From Candidatus Micrarchaeia archaeon (GTDB lineage: Archaea; Micrarchaeota; Micrarchaeia; Anstonellales; Bilamarchaeaceae): a stretch of 64,000 bases of DNA. Shown here piece by piece: positions 36,988-47,077 of this stretch. The notes below the pieces were generated by a model. That model searched no databases. It saw only the letters and a list, made by a program, of their open reading frames with translations, and had not been told where the DNA came from. The stretch covers positions 4,856 through 68,855 of the forward strand of contig JBNLBN010000002.1 in the NCBI GenBank assembly GCA_050303335.1. Reading direction: 5' to 3'. Position 1 is the first letter of the stretch. Every line of letters starts with the position of its first letter. The position numbers and the translations under genes are program-made.

Positions 36988-38709
36988 TCAGTTGCCGTAA
37001 TAATTGCCTGATTCCGACTGCTCGGTATCAAGCTGCGACCCTGGTTTGTTGATCCTCGGCCTCGATGAATCCTTGTCCCTTCTCATGGTAATCCCTGCAA
37101 CCTTCAGGAAGGAGTTCATCCCGTCCCTCTTGTCATGAGGGCTGCTGGCATGCCCCTGGACCGAGCTTTCCCCGTCGAATACTATCAGCCTGTTCGAAAT
37201 CGCGTCAATGAATACTATGTCATGGTCAACAACGAATGCAGATTTCTCCGATTCCGATATTGCCTTCCTTAGGAGAGATGCGAACTCGAACCTCTGCTCG
37301 ATATCCAGGAACGCACTCGGCTCATCGAAAAGATATATGTCGGCCTCGGTACACAGTGCTTTCGTAAGTTCGACCCTCTGGAGCTGGCCTCCTGACAATT
37401 CAGTAAGGTGCTTCTCCATAAGGGGATTGAGGTTTAATTTCCTTTTGCATTCTTCAAATAGCGTTCCCTTGAAGTTCTCGAGGTACTGCCATACGAAGTC
37501 GTCCTTTGCCTTGATGTACTGCGGCTTGTATGATATCTTCATCTGGACTGGCGATCCGCCTTCTTCAACCCCTGCAAGCATCTTGACAAAAAGCGATTTT
37601 CCAAGAGCATTCTTTCCCACAATCCCAAGTATCTCGCCCTTCTTTATCTCCCCGCCTTCGCTTTTGAAACCGAATGAATCGAATCTCTTTTCCATCGCGT
37701 CGTATTTCAGCAGCGCCGGGGTCTTTATCGCCTTCTCAGAATGCTTCGAGAAAGATATCTCGTAGTTCCTGAACTTGACATTCTCCTCCTTGAGATATCC
37801 TGCGATATATTCGTTGATACCGGCGCGGTTGTTCTTCAGCCCGGAAACGACACCGTAGACATTCTCGTCGCCGTAAAAAAGGTAGACATAGTCGCTTACA
37901 TAGTCAAGCACTGTCAGGTCGTGCTCTGCCATTATGACCTTCTTCTTTTCGGACAATTCCTTGATCAGAATTCCGACGCGGAGCCTCTCCTCTATATCAA
38001 GATAGTTCGTCACCTCGTCGAAATAGTAAATGTCTGCATCTTTCATGAATGCTGTTGCAATAGCAACCTTCTGGAGCTCCCCGCCGGACAGCTGGGAGAT
38101 TTTCCTCCCAAGTATGTTCCTGATGCCGAATTTTTCGACTACCGGCGCAATGTCGCTTCCTGCAGTATTAAGGAGCTCCTCCACAGTACCGCTGAAGACA
38201 TCCTTTATCCTGTCAATGTGCTGGGGCTTTGCGCTCACCCGTATCTCGCCAGTGTTCTGGAAATACCTCCTTGTTTCAATAGGGAGCCTTTCTATGACCT
38301 CCTTATCATCAAGCTTCCGGTCGAAAATCGCGAAGTTGGGGGCAAGCTGCCTTGAGAGGAGCCTGATAGCAGTGGTCTTCCCGATTCCGTTCTTTCCAAC
38401 CAGCGCCACCGACCCGTTTTCCGGAAGCGGAAGTCCGTAGATCCTGAATGAATTAATCCCGTACTGGAAGACCGGATCATCCAGCTCCCGCGCAAGGTTT
38501 ATGATATCGATACAGGAAACAGGGCACTTCTTGACGCAGATTCCGCATCCTATGCACAGCTGCTCGGATATCACGGGAAACGGCCCGTCCTCCTCCTGTA
38601 CGATGCATTCCTCTCCCATCCTGTTAGGGGGACAGACCTTTATGCAGACATACCCGCACCGCTTTTCAATGCAGACATCCCTGTCTAATACTGCGACTCT
38701 TGTAGCCAT
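36988..38709 (-). CDS. abce1: ABCE1 (RNase L inhibitor homolog; ribosome-recycling ATPase)
   Basis: The N-terminus has two 4Fe-4S ferredoxin motifs (CGYVCIKVCP, CIGCGICVKKCP), followed by two ABC ATPase cassettes (GKNGIGKTT, LSGGELQ, GKNALGKS, LSGGQLQ). Confidence 0.95.
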   Translation of the reverse strand: MATRVAVLDRDVCIEKRCGYVCIKVCPPNRMGEECIVQEEDGPFPVISEQLCIGCGICVKKCPVSCIDIINLARELDDPVFQYGINSFRIYGLPLPENGSVALVGKNGIGKTTAIRLLSRQLAPNFAIFDRKLDDKEVIERLPIETRRYFQNTGEIRVSAKPQHIDRIKDVFSGTVEELLNTAGSDIAPVVEKFGIRNILGRKISQLSGGELQKVAIATAFMKDADIYYFDEVTNYLDIEERLRVGILIKELSEKKKVIMAEHDLTVLDYVSDYVYLFYGDENVYGVVSGLKNNRAGINEYIAGYLKEENVKFRNYEISFSKHSEKAIKTPALLKYDAMEKRFDSFGFKSEGGEIKKGEILGIVGKNALGKSLFVKMLAGVEEGGSPVQMKISYKPQYIKAKDDFVWQYLENFKGTLFEECKRKLNLNPLMEKHLTELSGGQLQRVELTKALCTEADIYLFDEPSAFLDIEQRFEFASLLRKAISESEKSAFVVDHDIVFIDAISNRLIVFDGESSVQGHASSPHDKRDGMNSFLKVAGITMRRDKDSSRPRINKPGSQLDTEQSESGNYYGN

Positions 38710-38738
38710 CGAGAAAAATTAAGCTCAAATATTTTAAA

Positions 38739-39935
38739 TCACTTCTCCTCTTCCTTCCTGTCAAACAGGAAAATCCCGACAGTTGCAAGTATGTTCGTAA
38801 ACAGGATTACTATGAAAACGTATTCCTGGAAATTGGGCAGGTCGATGCCGTTTATCCTTGGAAGCGTCGCGACAACAGCCGCTGCAAGCCCCCTCGGCAT
38901 CATCGTGGCAACGACCTTCTTGTCCTTGTCCGGGATGTCCGGAAGAACGCCCCTTGTAATCAGGTATCTTGCCACCAGGATGAGGATGACGATAGAAACC
39001 CCCACAACCATCACATCGAACCTGAAGAAAGAAAGCGACATGAGGAGCCCCACGTAGACGAAGAAGAATGTCTTCACGAAGAATGTTATCTCCTCCTGGA
39101 TGAACTTGCTCGTCCTGCTAACCGGGTTTATGGCTTCCATGTTTGCAAGTTTAGACATCTTCTTTGCATTACCGAGGGCAAGGCCGAAAGTGAAAACTGC
39201 TATTCCCCCGCTTCCGCCCACTTCCTCGGTCACTGCAAACACTCCGAAGAGGAGGGCAAGCATGAGCATGTAGGAATAATTCTCCATGCTGAACCTGGTG
39301 ATCAGGACGATCCATACCACCGCTCCGAGTATTCCAAGAAGTATGGCGTTGGAAAAGGAAGAGAGGAAGAGGCCAGCTACATTTCCTATCGTAAGATCCC
39401 CTTCCACCTGGGTTATGATCTGGATGAGTATGACCGCTGTAATAATTACAAGCGCATCAGTCAAGGTGGATTCAACTGTAAGAAGCGATTTCGTCTCCTT
39501 CCTGATAGACGTCTGATCGACAAGGGAGATGACAACCGCTCCGCTGGATCCACCGACGACAGCACCAAGAAGCGCCCCATAAATCATACCCCATCCAAGG
39601 AGCATCGTCACGAAACCCGTGATGAAAGCCGTTCCAAGTACGAAGACCATCAGCGTGAAGAGCATGCTCTTTGGGATGTCTTTAGCGAAGCTGAATATGT
39701 CGAATTCGAATCCTCCGTCAAAGAGGAGGAAGATCAAAGCGATCGATGCGATGAACGGGAGTATTGATTTTATTACCGATTCTTCAGTGACATCAAGCAG
39801 GCCGAACATCGGACCGAGAAGGAAACCAAAGGCGATCAAGATGATAACCGACGATATCTTGGTCTTCTCGAAGATCTTGTCTGCAAGGAATCCCATGACA
39901 ATGGTAATGCCTATTATCAGAAACTCAATCGCCAT
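38739..39935 (-). CDS. cation/proton antiporter (CPA1/NhaP-like)
   Basis: The protein is polytopic and carries FLLFDGGFEFD, typical of Na+/H+ exchangers. Confidence 0.75.
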   Translation of the reverse strand: MAIEFLIIGITIVMGFLADKIFEKTKISSVIILIAFGFLLGPMFGLLDVTEESVIKSILPFIASIALIFLLFDGGFEFDIFSFAKDIPKSMLFTLMVFVLGTAFITGFVTMLLGWGMIYGALLGAVVGGSSGAVVISLVDQTSIRKETKSLLTVESTLTDALVIITAVILIQIITQVEGDLTIGNVAGLFLSSFSNAILLGILGAVVWIVLITRFSMENYSYMLMLALLFGVFAVTEEVGGSGGIAVFTFGLALGNAKKMSKLANMEAINPVSRTSKFIQEEITFFVKTFFFVYVGLLMSLSFFRFDVMVVGVSIVILILVARYLITRGVLPDIPDKDKKVVATMMPRGLAAAVVATLPRINGIDLPNFQEYVFIVILFTNILATVGIFLFDRKEEEK

Positions 39936-39974
39936 GTAAGAAAATCATGGATTAAATTTATAAAAGCTCTATGA

Positions 39975-40214
39975 TTGTCTTCTTGCATGAAGGTAACGGT
40001 ATACAAGGCAGAATGGTGTTCCTGGTGCCACAAGCTTATTGATTTCCTTGATGAGAACAAGATCGAATACGAGGTCAAGGATGTGGATAATGCAGAAAAT
40101 GCGGAAGAGGCCATGTCGGTTAGCGGGCAGGGAGGAATCCCCGTGACCGTGATAGGCGACAACGTGATAATCGGCTTCGATGTCGAAAAACTGAAGGAAC
40201 TCCTTTCGCTGTGA
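39975..40214 (+). CDS. glutaredoxin-like protein
   Basis: It is 79 aa with the active site CSWC and the segment GGIPVTVIGDNVIIGFD, consistent with a thioredoxin fold. Confidence 0.7.
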   Translation: MSSCMKVTVYKAEWCSWCHKLIDFLDENKIEYEVKDVDNAENAEEAMSVSGQGGIPVTVIGDNVIIGFDVEKLKELLSL

Positions 40215-40218
40215 TCCG

Positions 40219-40335
40219 ATGTACTGCCTGAATTGCGGAAAGTACTTCAACAGCGGCGTTCCAAAATTTAAAAAATCAGAGAAGAACAAGACTGTTGCGT
40301 TCTGTTCCGAGGAATGCATGAAGAATTATATATGA
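40219..40335 (+). CDS. 38-aa TRASH-type zinc/metal-binding mini-protein (below the ORF-track size cutoff)
   Basis: The sequence MYCLNCGKYFNSGVPKFKKSEKNKTVAFCSEECMKNYI fits the TRASH pattern C-x2-C-x22-C-x3-C exactly. It begins 4 nt after the glutaredoxin stop. Confidence 0.5.
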   Translation: MYCLNCGKYFNSGVPKFKKSEKNKTVAFCSEECMKNYI

Positions 40336-40354
40336 TTCTTTCCATCATAAGTCC

Positions 40355-40954
40355 ATGCTCAAGCAGATGGGATTCCTCAGGGATATCCAGAACCGCGCAG
40401 GAAAGACATTCTCCAAATTGCCCCTCTCTCCGAACCAGTGGACACTTATTTCTTTATTCATCTCCATTGTGGGCGCAGTCCTGATAGCTACGGGAAACCT
40501 CGGGTACGGGCTGCTCCTCTTCTCTGTTGCTGCACTTTCGGATGCAATTGACGGTGCGGTGGCGCGAGAGAGGAACACCCAGACAAAATTCGGCGGTTTC
40601 CTTGACGGGGTAGTCGACCGTTTTGTCGAGGCAACGTTCCTTTTTGCCTTTATGTTCTATCCCCTTCCAGCAGTGTTCATAGATCCGAAGATTTGGATAT
40701 CAGCCGTCCTTTTCTTCGGAACGTCCATGGTGTCTTTTGTAAGGGCATATGCTGACCATAAGGAGGCATTGACAAAGGAGAAGGCCCTGGCACTTGGCGG
40801 CATTTGCGAAAGGAGCGAGAGGCTCCTGATACTGATAATCGGGCTTGCTGCAGGAATACTCTTCTCAATGGATTTCTTCGTCCTTTCGATGATTTTCGTA
40901 GTTGTGCTCTCCATCATCACCATAATCCAGAGAATGCATGCAACGCTCGAATAA
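40355..40954 (+). CDS. CDP-alcohol phosphatidyltransferase (archaeal polar-lipid head-group synthase)
   Basis: The segment DAIDGAVARERNTQTKFGGFLDGVVDR fits D-G-x2-A-R-x8-G-x3-D-x3-D exactly. The protein is polytopic. Confidence 0.85.
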   Translation: MLKQMGFLRDIQNRAGKTFSKLPLSPNQWTLISLFISIVGAVLIATGNLGYGLLLFSVAALSDAIDGAVARERNTQTKFGGFLDGVVDRFVEATFLFAFMFYPLPAVFIDPKIWISAVLFFGTSMVSFVRAYADHKEALTKEKALALGGICERSERLLILIIGLAAGILFSMDFFVLSMIFVVVLSIITIIQRMHATLE

Positions 40955-40984
40955 TCTTATATAATTTACCGGTGCAGTGATTTT

Positions 40985-42133
40985 ATGGCCGAAGTTCTCC
41001 CGCTTCTCACAGTGATCGCCGCAGGAATCTTTTTTGCACAGTTTCTCAAGCCCTTCAGGGTTCCATACGTAGTGATATTAATGCTTGCAGGGATGCTGAT
41101 CGGCACTCACGGGCTTGACATATTCCAGCCGGATGAGACTGTCGAATTTTTAGGCGAGATGGGGCTGGTGTTCCTGATGTTCATGGCAGGACTCGAGACG
41201 AGGTTTTCAAAAGTCCCATCGAGGATCAACGGGACATCAATTATTGCCCTAATAAATGGGCTGATACCATTCATTGTCGGAATCGGCATAGCCCTTTTCC
41301 TTGGATACGGCTGGATAACAGCCCTGCTCCTTGGGACGATCTTCATATCATCATCGATCGCAGTAATCGTCCCGTCGCTCCAGAACAACGGCCTGCTCTC
41401 CAAGAAAATTGGAAAATCCATACTTGGAGCAACAGTTGCAGAAGATGCCCTCAGCCTGATAATACTTTCATTTCTCCTAAATTCCATTTCCCCAAGTTCT
41501 TCAATCCCCCTCCCAGTTTACTATACCCTTCTCTTCGCGCTCCTGTTCATACTGGCGCTGATAATAAGGAAAATCAGGAAGATGTATGTGCAGAATACCT
41601 CTACTACGGAGGATGCCCGTTTCGAGGACCAGATAAGATTCACGTTCGTGGTGCTGCTTGCAACCGTTCTAGTATTCGAGCTTCTGGGGCTCCACCTGAT
41701 ACTTGCAGGATTCTATGCAGGCCTAGTGCTTTCTGATCGGGAGATGAACCGGAGGATCAAGATGAAGCTCCATGTACTTAGCTACGGGCTTTTCATACCG
41801 ATATTCTTTGTATTGATCGGTATCAACACGGACATATCTGTCTTTGCCAGGCAGTCCGGCGTCTGGGAGATAATACTTCTCGTCCTTGCCGGATCGATGA
41901 TTTCAAAATTCGCTAGCGGATTCCTTGCAGGGAGGCTCAGCGGCTATTCCATTGATGAGAGTTCGATTATAGGCGCTGCAACAATCCCTCAGCTTTCCAC
42001 CACCCTTGCTGTGGCATTCACCGGCTTCGAACTGGGAATACTCGATTCGGCAATGATAGTTGCAATGACGTTTCTTAGCATTGTAACTACTTTCACCGGA
42101 CCATTTTTACTTGGCAATTTGAAAATAAAATAG
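40985..42133 (+). CDS. cation/proton antiporter (CPA2/Kef-like)
   Basis: The protein is polytopic and carries LGEMGLVFLMFMAGLETRF, typical of the Na+/H+ exchanger family. Confidence 0.75.
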   Translation: MAEVLPLLTVIAAGIFFAQFLKPFRVPYVVILMLAGMLIGTHGLDIFQPDETVEFLGEMGLVFLMFMAGLETRFSKVPSRINGTSIIALINGLIPFIVGIGIALFLGYGWITALLLGTIFISSSIAVIVPSLQNNGLLSKKIGKSILGATVAEDALSLIILSFLLNSISPSSSIPLPVYYTLLFALLFILALIIRKIRKMYVQNTSTTEDARFEDQIRFTFVVLLATVLVFELLGLHLILAGFYAGLVLSDREMNRRIKMKLHVLSYGLFIPIFFVLIGINTDISVFARQSGVWEIILLVLAGSMISKFASGFLAGRLSGYSIDESSIIGAATIPQLSTTLAVAFTGFELGILDSAMIVAMTFLSIVTTFTGPFLLGNLKIK

Positions 42134-42143
42134 TGTCGAAAAT

Positions 42144-43175
42144 TTAGCGTTGTTTTATCTTCTTGGGGTCATCGACTTTTCTTTCAGGGCCCACAATTCT
42201 TCTTTTTTCTGCTGTCCCGACATCCTTCCGTTGCTCAATATACGATCGAAGAGTTTCCAGTGCCCTTTTTTGGGGTTCAGGAATTGTATCATCCCTTTCC
42301 CTAATAAATGTTTCAAGAATTGATCTTGCATATCCAGATGAATCATCAAGATCCTGCTTAGCTTCTTCTAACGTATATTGCCTGTCAGGCCCGATATTTT
42401 GTAGTACAGTATCCATCATCTCTCTTGCTTTAACCTTTACACTTTTCGGCAGTACTTCCCAATCTGCCAATGTCAACTGTCTTACATCATCCGGATAATA
42501 TCCCTCGTCCTCCAACTCTCCTTCCAATACCTCGAGAGAACGCATTAATATCTTTTCCCAGTCCATATCTGCAAGAAGCTCATTTCCGGCTGCTTTCGTC
42601 AAGGCCCTGAATTCTCCGCGATCTGAGCAGTAATTTACTGCATACTCTCTTGTTTCTGGTTGCACCTTCTCACTTACCATCACGCGGTATGCAATATCAG
42701 TCATCTCCACCTCATCTGATCCAACTTCTAAATTAAACTTGATGCATTCATTAATCCGATTCACTTCGTCAGGGGTCAAACCCTCAAATTCGAGCAGTCT
42801 TACCATACTGTCCGCAAATCCGTTAACATCCTGTTCTTCTATGTCTTCGAGCAGAGCTGTAAGCAATTTCCTCTTATCGCCCGGGACCTGGTATTCTCTT
42901 ACATAGTCCATTGCAACTTCATAATCGTCAATGCTGCCGCATATTTTTAAACTCCGGATTGCATCCAATGCAAAATCCAAACCCAGGTCATATTTCAGTA
43001 AATATTTCAATTGATCCGAAACCCCTGCGTTTTTTGCCCTTTCGATAAATTCAGCCTTGAATTCATCCCGCAAAAAGCCCGGCATTTCATCATATATCCT
43101 TGCAAAATCACCTATATCGATTTCTTCTAATGCCTTAATTGCATCTTCTTTTGTTACGGTTAGAATATCAGTCAT
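42144..43175 (-). CDS. acidic helical hypothetical protein
   Basis: This is a 343-aa ORF that is Asp/Glu-rich. It has no TM segment and no recognised domain. Confidence 0.55.
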   Translation of the reverse strand: MTDILTVTKEDAIKALEEIDIGDFARIYDEMPGFLRDEFKAEFIERAKNAGVSDQLKYLLKYDLGLDFALDAIRSLKICGSIDDYEVAMDYVREYQVPGDKRKLLTALLEDIEEQDVNGFADSMVRLLEFEGLTPDEVNRINECIKFNLEVGSDEVEMTDIAYRVMVSEKVQPETREYAVNYCSDRGEFRALTKAAGNELLADMDWEKILMRSLEVLEGELEDEGYYPDDVRQLTLADWEVLPKSVKVKAREMMDTVLQNIGPDRQYTLEEAKQDLDDSSGYARSILETFIRERDDTIPEPQKRALETLRSYIEQRKDVGTAEKRRIVGPERKVDDPKKIKQR

Positions 43176-43222
43176 AGTTATTATTTATGGATAATAATGC
43201 TTATAAATCTTCTTTCTGAAGG

Positions 43223-44080
43223 CTACATGAAGCTGAAGGCGTAGATCCTTACTTTTCCGTCAAAAACAATCGAAAGTTCCCGATCCTTGATTTTGTTGCT
43301 TGAAAACAAATTGTGCAGGGAAGGCCTGTCGATAATGATCTCGCTTTTTTTCTTGAAATCGACATACACGGTTGCCTTGGTCTTCTTTATCGGCTCGATT
43401 ATTGCATTCGCACTGTCGCTGTTGAAACGGACCGATATCTTTCCCGGCCCCTCCTGGAGTTCAATATAATCCTTTTTCTGCACCCAGATGCCATCTGGGT
43501 ACAATATGTCCCTCTGGTGCTCGCCAAAATCTATGTAGTTCCTGCCGCTGAGACCGGATCCGAGACCGTCATTCCTCAGATAGCCGGCATATATCTTCGG
43601 AGAAATATCCGCAAAGATGTTCAGGGGTTTTTCTTTCATCAGGGATTTTGAAACATTGAGCAGTATCTGGATCGATTCCTCAAGCTTGTCAAAATTCCCC
43701 TCGCCGAACTGCACGTATCTTATGAATCCTTCCTGGTCGATAAGAAACATTGCCGGCCAGTAATTGTTGTTGTATTTTTCCCACATCACCATCTTGTTGT
43801 CCATGCAGACCGGGAATTTTATCCTCATCTCCTTTATAGCCTTTTTGAGATTTTTTTCCTTCTTCTCGAAATCGAATTCCGGGGAATGTATCCCAATTAT
43901 CTGCAGCCCTCCGTATTTCCTTTCCCATTCGTTAATGTATGGGATTGTTCTCTGGCAGTTTATGCAGGAAAATGTCCAGAACAGCACGAGCAACGGCTTT
44001 CCCTTAAGCTTCTCCAGTTTCAGCGGCTTGGAATTAGCCCATTTTATCCCTTCGAATTCAGGTGCCTTGATTTTCATCAT
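43223..44080 (-). CDS. thioredoxin-like (redoxin/DipZ C-terminal-like) protein
   Basis: The segment LLVLFWTFSCINCQRTIPY carries a CxxC in a TlpA/redoxin context. An additional C-terminal beta-rich domain follows. Confidence 0.7.
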   Translation of the reverse strand: MMKIKAPEFEGIKWANSKPLKLEKLKGKPLLVLFWTFSCINCQRTIPYINEWERKYGGLQIIGIHSPEFDFEKKEKNLKKAIKEMRIKFPVCMDNKMVMWEKYNNNYWPAMFLIDQEGFIRYVQFGEGNFDKLEESIQILLNVSKSLMKEKPLNIFADISPKIYAGYLRNDGLGSGLSGRNYIDFGEHQRDILYPDGIWVQKKDYIELQEGPGKISVRFNSDSANAIIEPIKKTKATVYVDFKKKSEIIIDRPSLHNLFSSNKIKDRELSIVFDGKVRIYAFSFM

Positions 44081-44123
44081 GTCCTAATTAGCAATATAAA
44101 GTTTTTTGAAGATTGATGAACCT

Positions 44124-44378
44124 ATGAAATTCCTGATCAACCTGGTTTTCCTGGTAATCGCGATAATCCTGTTTGCAGCAGTATGGAATGCCTGGGGCCC
44201 TGTTGCCCTGCTTTTCAATACGATAATAGCGCTGATAGCACTCAAGGTTGTCGGGTGGCTTGGCATAAAGATTGATATCAACATCTGGAGCCTACTTATC
44301 ACCCTAATCGGCGGGATCCCAGGGCTGCTCATCCTGATATTCCTCAGTGTCACCGGGATCGCATTCAGGGGGAAATAG
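44124..44378 (+). CDS. small membrane protein
   Basis: It is 84 aa counted from the ATG at 44124, with 3 hydrophobic segments. Confidence 0.45.
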   Translation: MKFLINLVFLVIAIILFAAVWNAWGPVALLFNTIIALIALKVVGWLGIKIDINIWSLLITLIGGIPGLLILIFLSVTGIAFRGK

Positions 44379-46166
44379 CTATTTCAATTCAAAAATTTCC
44401 CCGTGCTTTTTCAATGATGCAATTTCAAGATTGGCACGATGGAACAGTTCACAAATAATCGTCCTTGCATTCTGCCTTACTCTCTCATCAGGATGGTCAT
44501 CGAGCGTATCCAGCTTTTTCCTGGCACCGGAGGCCATCTTGATGATTGCATCCATATTGCCTGAACGAAGGGCCCCATAAATAACCGTCCTTGCATTATC
44601 CTTAACAACTTCTTCTTCATGCGCTTCCAGGATCTCAAGTTCTTCCCTTGCCCCGGTTGCAAGCTTCTCAGTACGTTCCAGGCTGCCCCTGTTCAATGCA
44701 GAATAGACAATGGTCCTTGCATGTGCCCTGACAATCTCGTCATCATGTTCTTTAAGATTCTCAAGTTTTTCATCTGCTCCGGATGCCACAACGTCTGCGA
44801 ATTCAAGATTTGCTGAACGAAGGGCGGAATAGACAATGGTCCTTGCATTTGCCCTGACAATATCATCAGGATGCCTTTCAAGCATCTCCAGCTTTTCCCT
44901 TGCTCCATCAGCGAGTGTATCTGCCAGATCCAGGTTCCCCCGATCCAAGGCAGTGCTAATAATCGTCCTTGCATTATCCCTTACAACCTGATCAGGATGC
45001 TTTTCAAGTTTGCTTAGTTTCTTCCTTGTGCCTTTTGCCATCCTGTCTGCAATCTCAAGGCTACCGGAACGCAATGCAGAATAAACAATGGTCCTTGCAT
45101 TATCCCTTACCACCTGCGCCTTATGATGTTCAAGCTTCTCAAGTTTTTTCCTGGCACCGCCAGCAAGCTTGTGCGCAAGATCCAGGCTGCCCCTGGTCAG
45201 TGCGGCACAGATAATCGTCCTGGCATTATTCCTTACCACTTTGTCAGGATGATTTTCCAGCATCTCGAGCGTTTCCTTAAACCCGCATGCGATACGATCA
45301 GCGATATCCAGGTTGCCGGATCGGAAAGCAGCATAAATAATGACCTCCGCATTATCCCGTACAACCTGATCAGGGTGCGAATCGAGCATCGCAACCTTTT
45401 CCCTGGCACCAGCAGCAAGCTTGTCAGCCAGATCCAGTTTCCCTTTGTATAAGGAAGCGCACATGATGTTCCTTGCATTTGTTCTTACTGTTTCTTCCCC
45501 ATGTCTTTCAAGCATTCTCAATTTCTTTCCGGCTCCTTCTGCAAGATTGTCAGCGATTTCTAGGTTTCCGGAACGAAGGGCAGAATAGATTATTGTCCTG
45601 GCATTATCCCTTACGACCTCTTCTGGATGGTTTTTGACCATATCAAGTTTTTCCTGGATATCAAAAACAGAGACTTTGCTGAGGTTCCTTTTAGGCTGGG
45701 TGAATTTGGCCTCCAAAGCCAATTCTGTTTCTGCAACAAGGTGCCTTGCAAGATGCGGTAGCATCCTAGAAAGCCGTGTATCCTTCAACTGTTCCGACTG
45801 CTTTCCATCCTCATAATAGTGCAAAGCAATCAGTCTTGAAATGCTCTTAGCAACACCAAGGAATTCTTTTTCCACCTTCTCATCGTCAATTTTAACATGG
45901 AGTTTCATTTCCGCAAGCATTTCGTCTGCAAGATCCTGCTTTTTCTGCATGATCTTTCGCGGCAATGGCCTGGTTCTCACATCCAGAATGGATTCCACAA
46001 ACCTTGCAGCAGCCAAAGATTCATAATCATCAGTCGGGGCTTTAGTATATCGGATAACATCCTCAATAGTCGGATCCAGAAGAAGCAGTTTCCTGTGTGC
46101 TTCTGTTGCTTTCCTGGCAGCTGGTGATCGTGCAATAGACAGCAACGATATTAATCTGCCCTTCAT
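44379..46166 (-). CDS. ARM/HEAT-like 42-aa-repeat protein, array member 4 (~10 repeats)
   Basis: It has the conserved N-terminal domain (LISLLSIARSPAARKATEAHRKLLLLDPTIEDVIRY...). It has tandem repeats of the form LExLExHPDxVVRDNARTIxxxALxxGxLxxADxLAxGAxxK. Its tail is ANLEIASLKKHGEIFELK. Confidence 0.8.
   Translation of the reverse strand: MKGRLISLLSIARSPAARKATEAHRKLLLLDPTIEDVIRYTKAPTDDYESLAAARFVESILDVRTRPLPRKIMQKKQDLADEMLAEMKLHVKIDDEKVEKEFLGVAKSISRLIALHYYEDGKQSEQLKDTRLSRMLPHLARHLVAETELALEAKFTQPKRNLSKVSVFDIQEKLDMVKNHPEEVVRDNARTIIYSALRSGNLEIADNLAEGAGKKLRMLERHGEETVRTNARNIMCASLYKGKLDLADKLAAGAREKVAMLDSHPDQVVRDNAEVIIYAAFRSGNLDIADRIACGFKETLEMLENHPDKVVRNNARTIICAALTRGSLDLAHKLAGGARKKLEKLEHHKAQVVRDNARTIVYSALRSGSLEIADRMAKGTRKKLSKLEKHPDQVVRDNARTIISTALDRGNLDLADTLADGAREKLEMLERHPDDIVRANARTIVYSALRSANLEFADVVASGADEKLENLKEHDDEIVRAHARTIVYSALNRGSLERTEKLATGAREELEILEAHEEEVVKDNARTVIYGALRSGNMDAIIKMASGARKKLDTLDDHPDERVRQNARTIICELFHRANLEIASLKKHGEIFELK
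44444..45674 (-). repeat. in-frame 126-bp tandem repeats (approximate bounds)
   Basis: A 42-aa periodicity is visible in the translated product. Confidence 0.65.
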
Positions 46167-47077
46167 TTTACCACCAAATCAAAAACCTCTCCGTTTGATT
46201 CTATGGATTCAAGATCAAGATTCCCTTTATGGAGTAATTTTGATATTATTGTCCTTGAATATCTTCTTATTTTTTCATCAGCATGCCCTTCCAATTTCTT
46301 AAGTTTCTCCTTAGCACCATTAGCCAGCTTATCAGCCAATTCCAGGTTCCCTCTATTCAAAGCAGCACTAACAATAGTCCTTGCATTATTTCTTACGACC
46401 TCATCATGATGCCCCTCCAATTCCTCAAGCTTCTCCTTAGCACCTTCAGCCAGACTATCAGCCAATTCCAGGTTCCCTCTACTCAAAGCAGCATAAACAA
46501 TAGTCCTGGCATTATCTCTTACAACCCCATTCTCATGTTCTTCCAATTCAGAAAGTTTTTCAAAAATATCAAATACAGAAACTTTACTGAGATTTCGTTT
46601 AGGAAGTGTGAATTTCGCTTCAACGCATAATTCAGTCTCTGCAAGAAGATGCCTTGTAAGATGAGGAAGCATTCTCACAAGTCTTGTATCATTCAATTGT
46701 TCCGGCTGTATCCCATCCTCAAAATAATAAAGTGCAATAAGTCTTGATATGCTCTTAGCTACTCCCAGAAATTCTTTTTCTACTTTTTTCGAATCAAAAG
46801 AAACATGAAGCTTCATTTCAGACAGTACATTATAAGCAAAATTTTGCAGATTTGCCTTTAGTGGTCCGTTTGGCAATGGCCTTTCCCTGACATCCAGAAT
46901 TGATTCGACAAACCTTGCAGCGGCAAGTGATTCATAATCATTTGTCGGAGCTTTGCTGTAACGGATGACCTCCTCAATAGTAGGATCAGGCAGCAATAGC
47001 TTCCTGTGTGCCTCTGTTGCTTTGGTAGCGGCTGGTGAGTTTGCAATCGACAGTAATGAAATTAATTTTCCCCTCAT
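46163..47077 (-). CDS. ARM/HEAT-like 42-aa-repeat protein, array member 3 (~3 repeats)
   Basis: It has the same N-terminal domain and C-terminal tail (GNLDLESIESNGEVFDLVVK). It overlaps both neighbours by 4 nt. Confidence 0.8.
   Translation of the reverse strand: MRGKLISLLSIANSPAATKATEAHRKLLLPDPTIEEVIRYSKAPTNDYESLAAARFVESILDVRERPLPNGPLKANLQNFAYNVLSEMKLHVSFDSKKVEKEFLGVAKSISRLIALYYFEDGIQPEQLNDTRLVRMLPHLTRHLLAETELCVEAKFTLPKRNLSKVSVFDIFEKLSELEEHENGVVRDNARTIVYAALSRGNLELADSLAEGAKEKLEELEGHHDEVVRNNARTIVSAALNRGNLELADKLANGAKEKLKKLEGHADEKIRRYSRTIISKLLHKGNLDLESIESNGEVFDLVVK
46225..46576 (-). repeat. in-frame 126-bp tandem repeats (approximate bounds)
   Basis: A 42-aa periodicity is visible in the translated product. 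Confidence 0.65.

Noticed and set aside
20900-42133. Three cation/proton antiporter genes in ~21 kb as a possible functional cluster.
   Set aside because: They are dispersed among unrelated housekeeping genes, belong to different subfamilies and show no operon linkage. They are probably ordinary ion-homeostasis genes.
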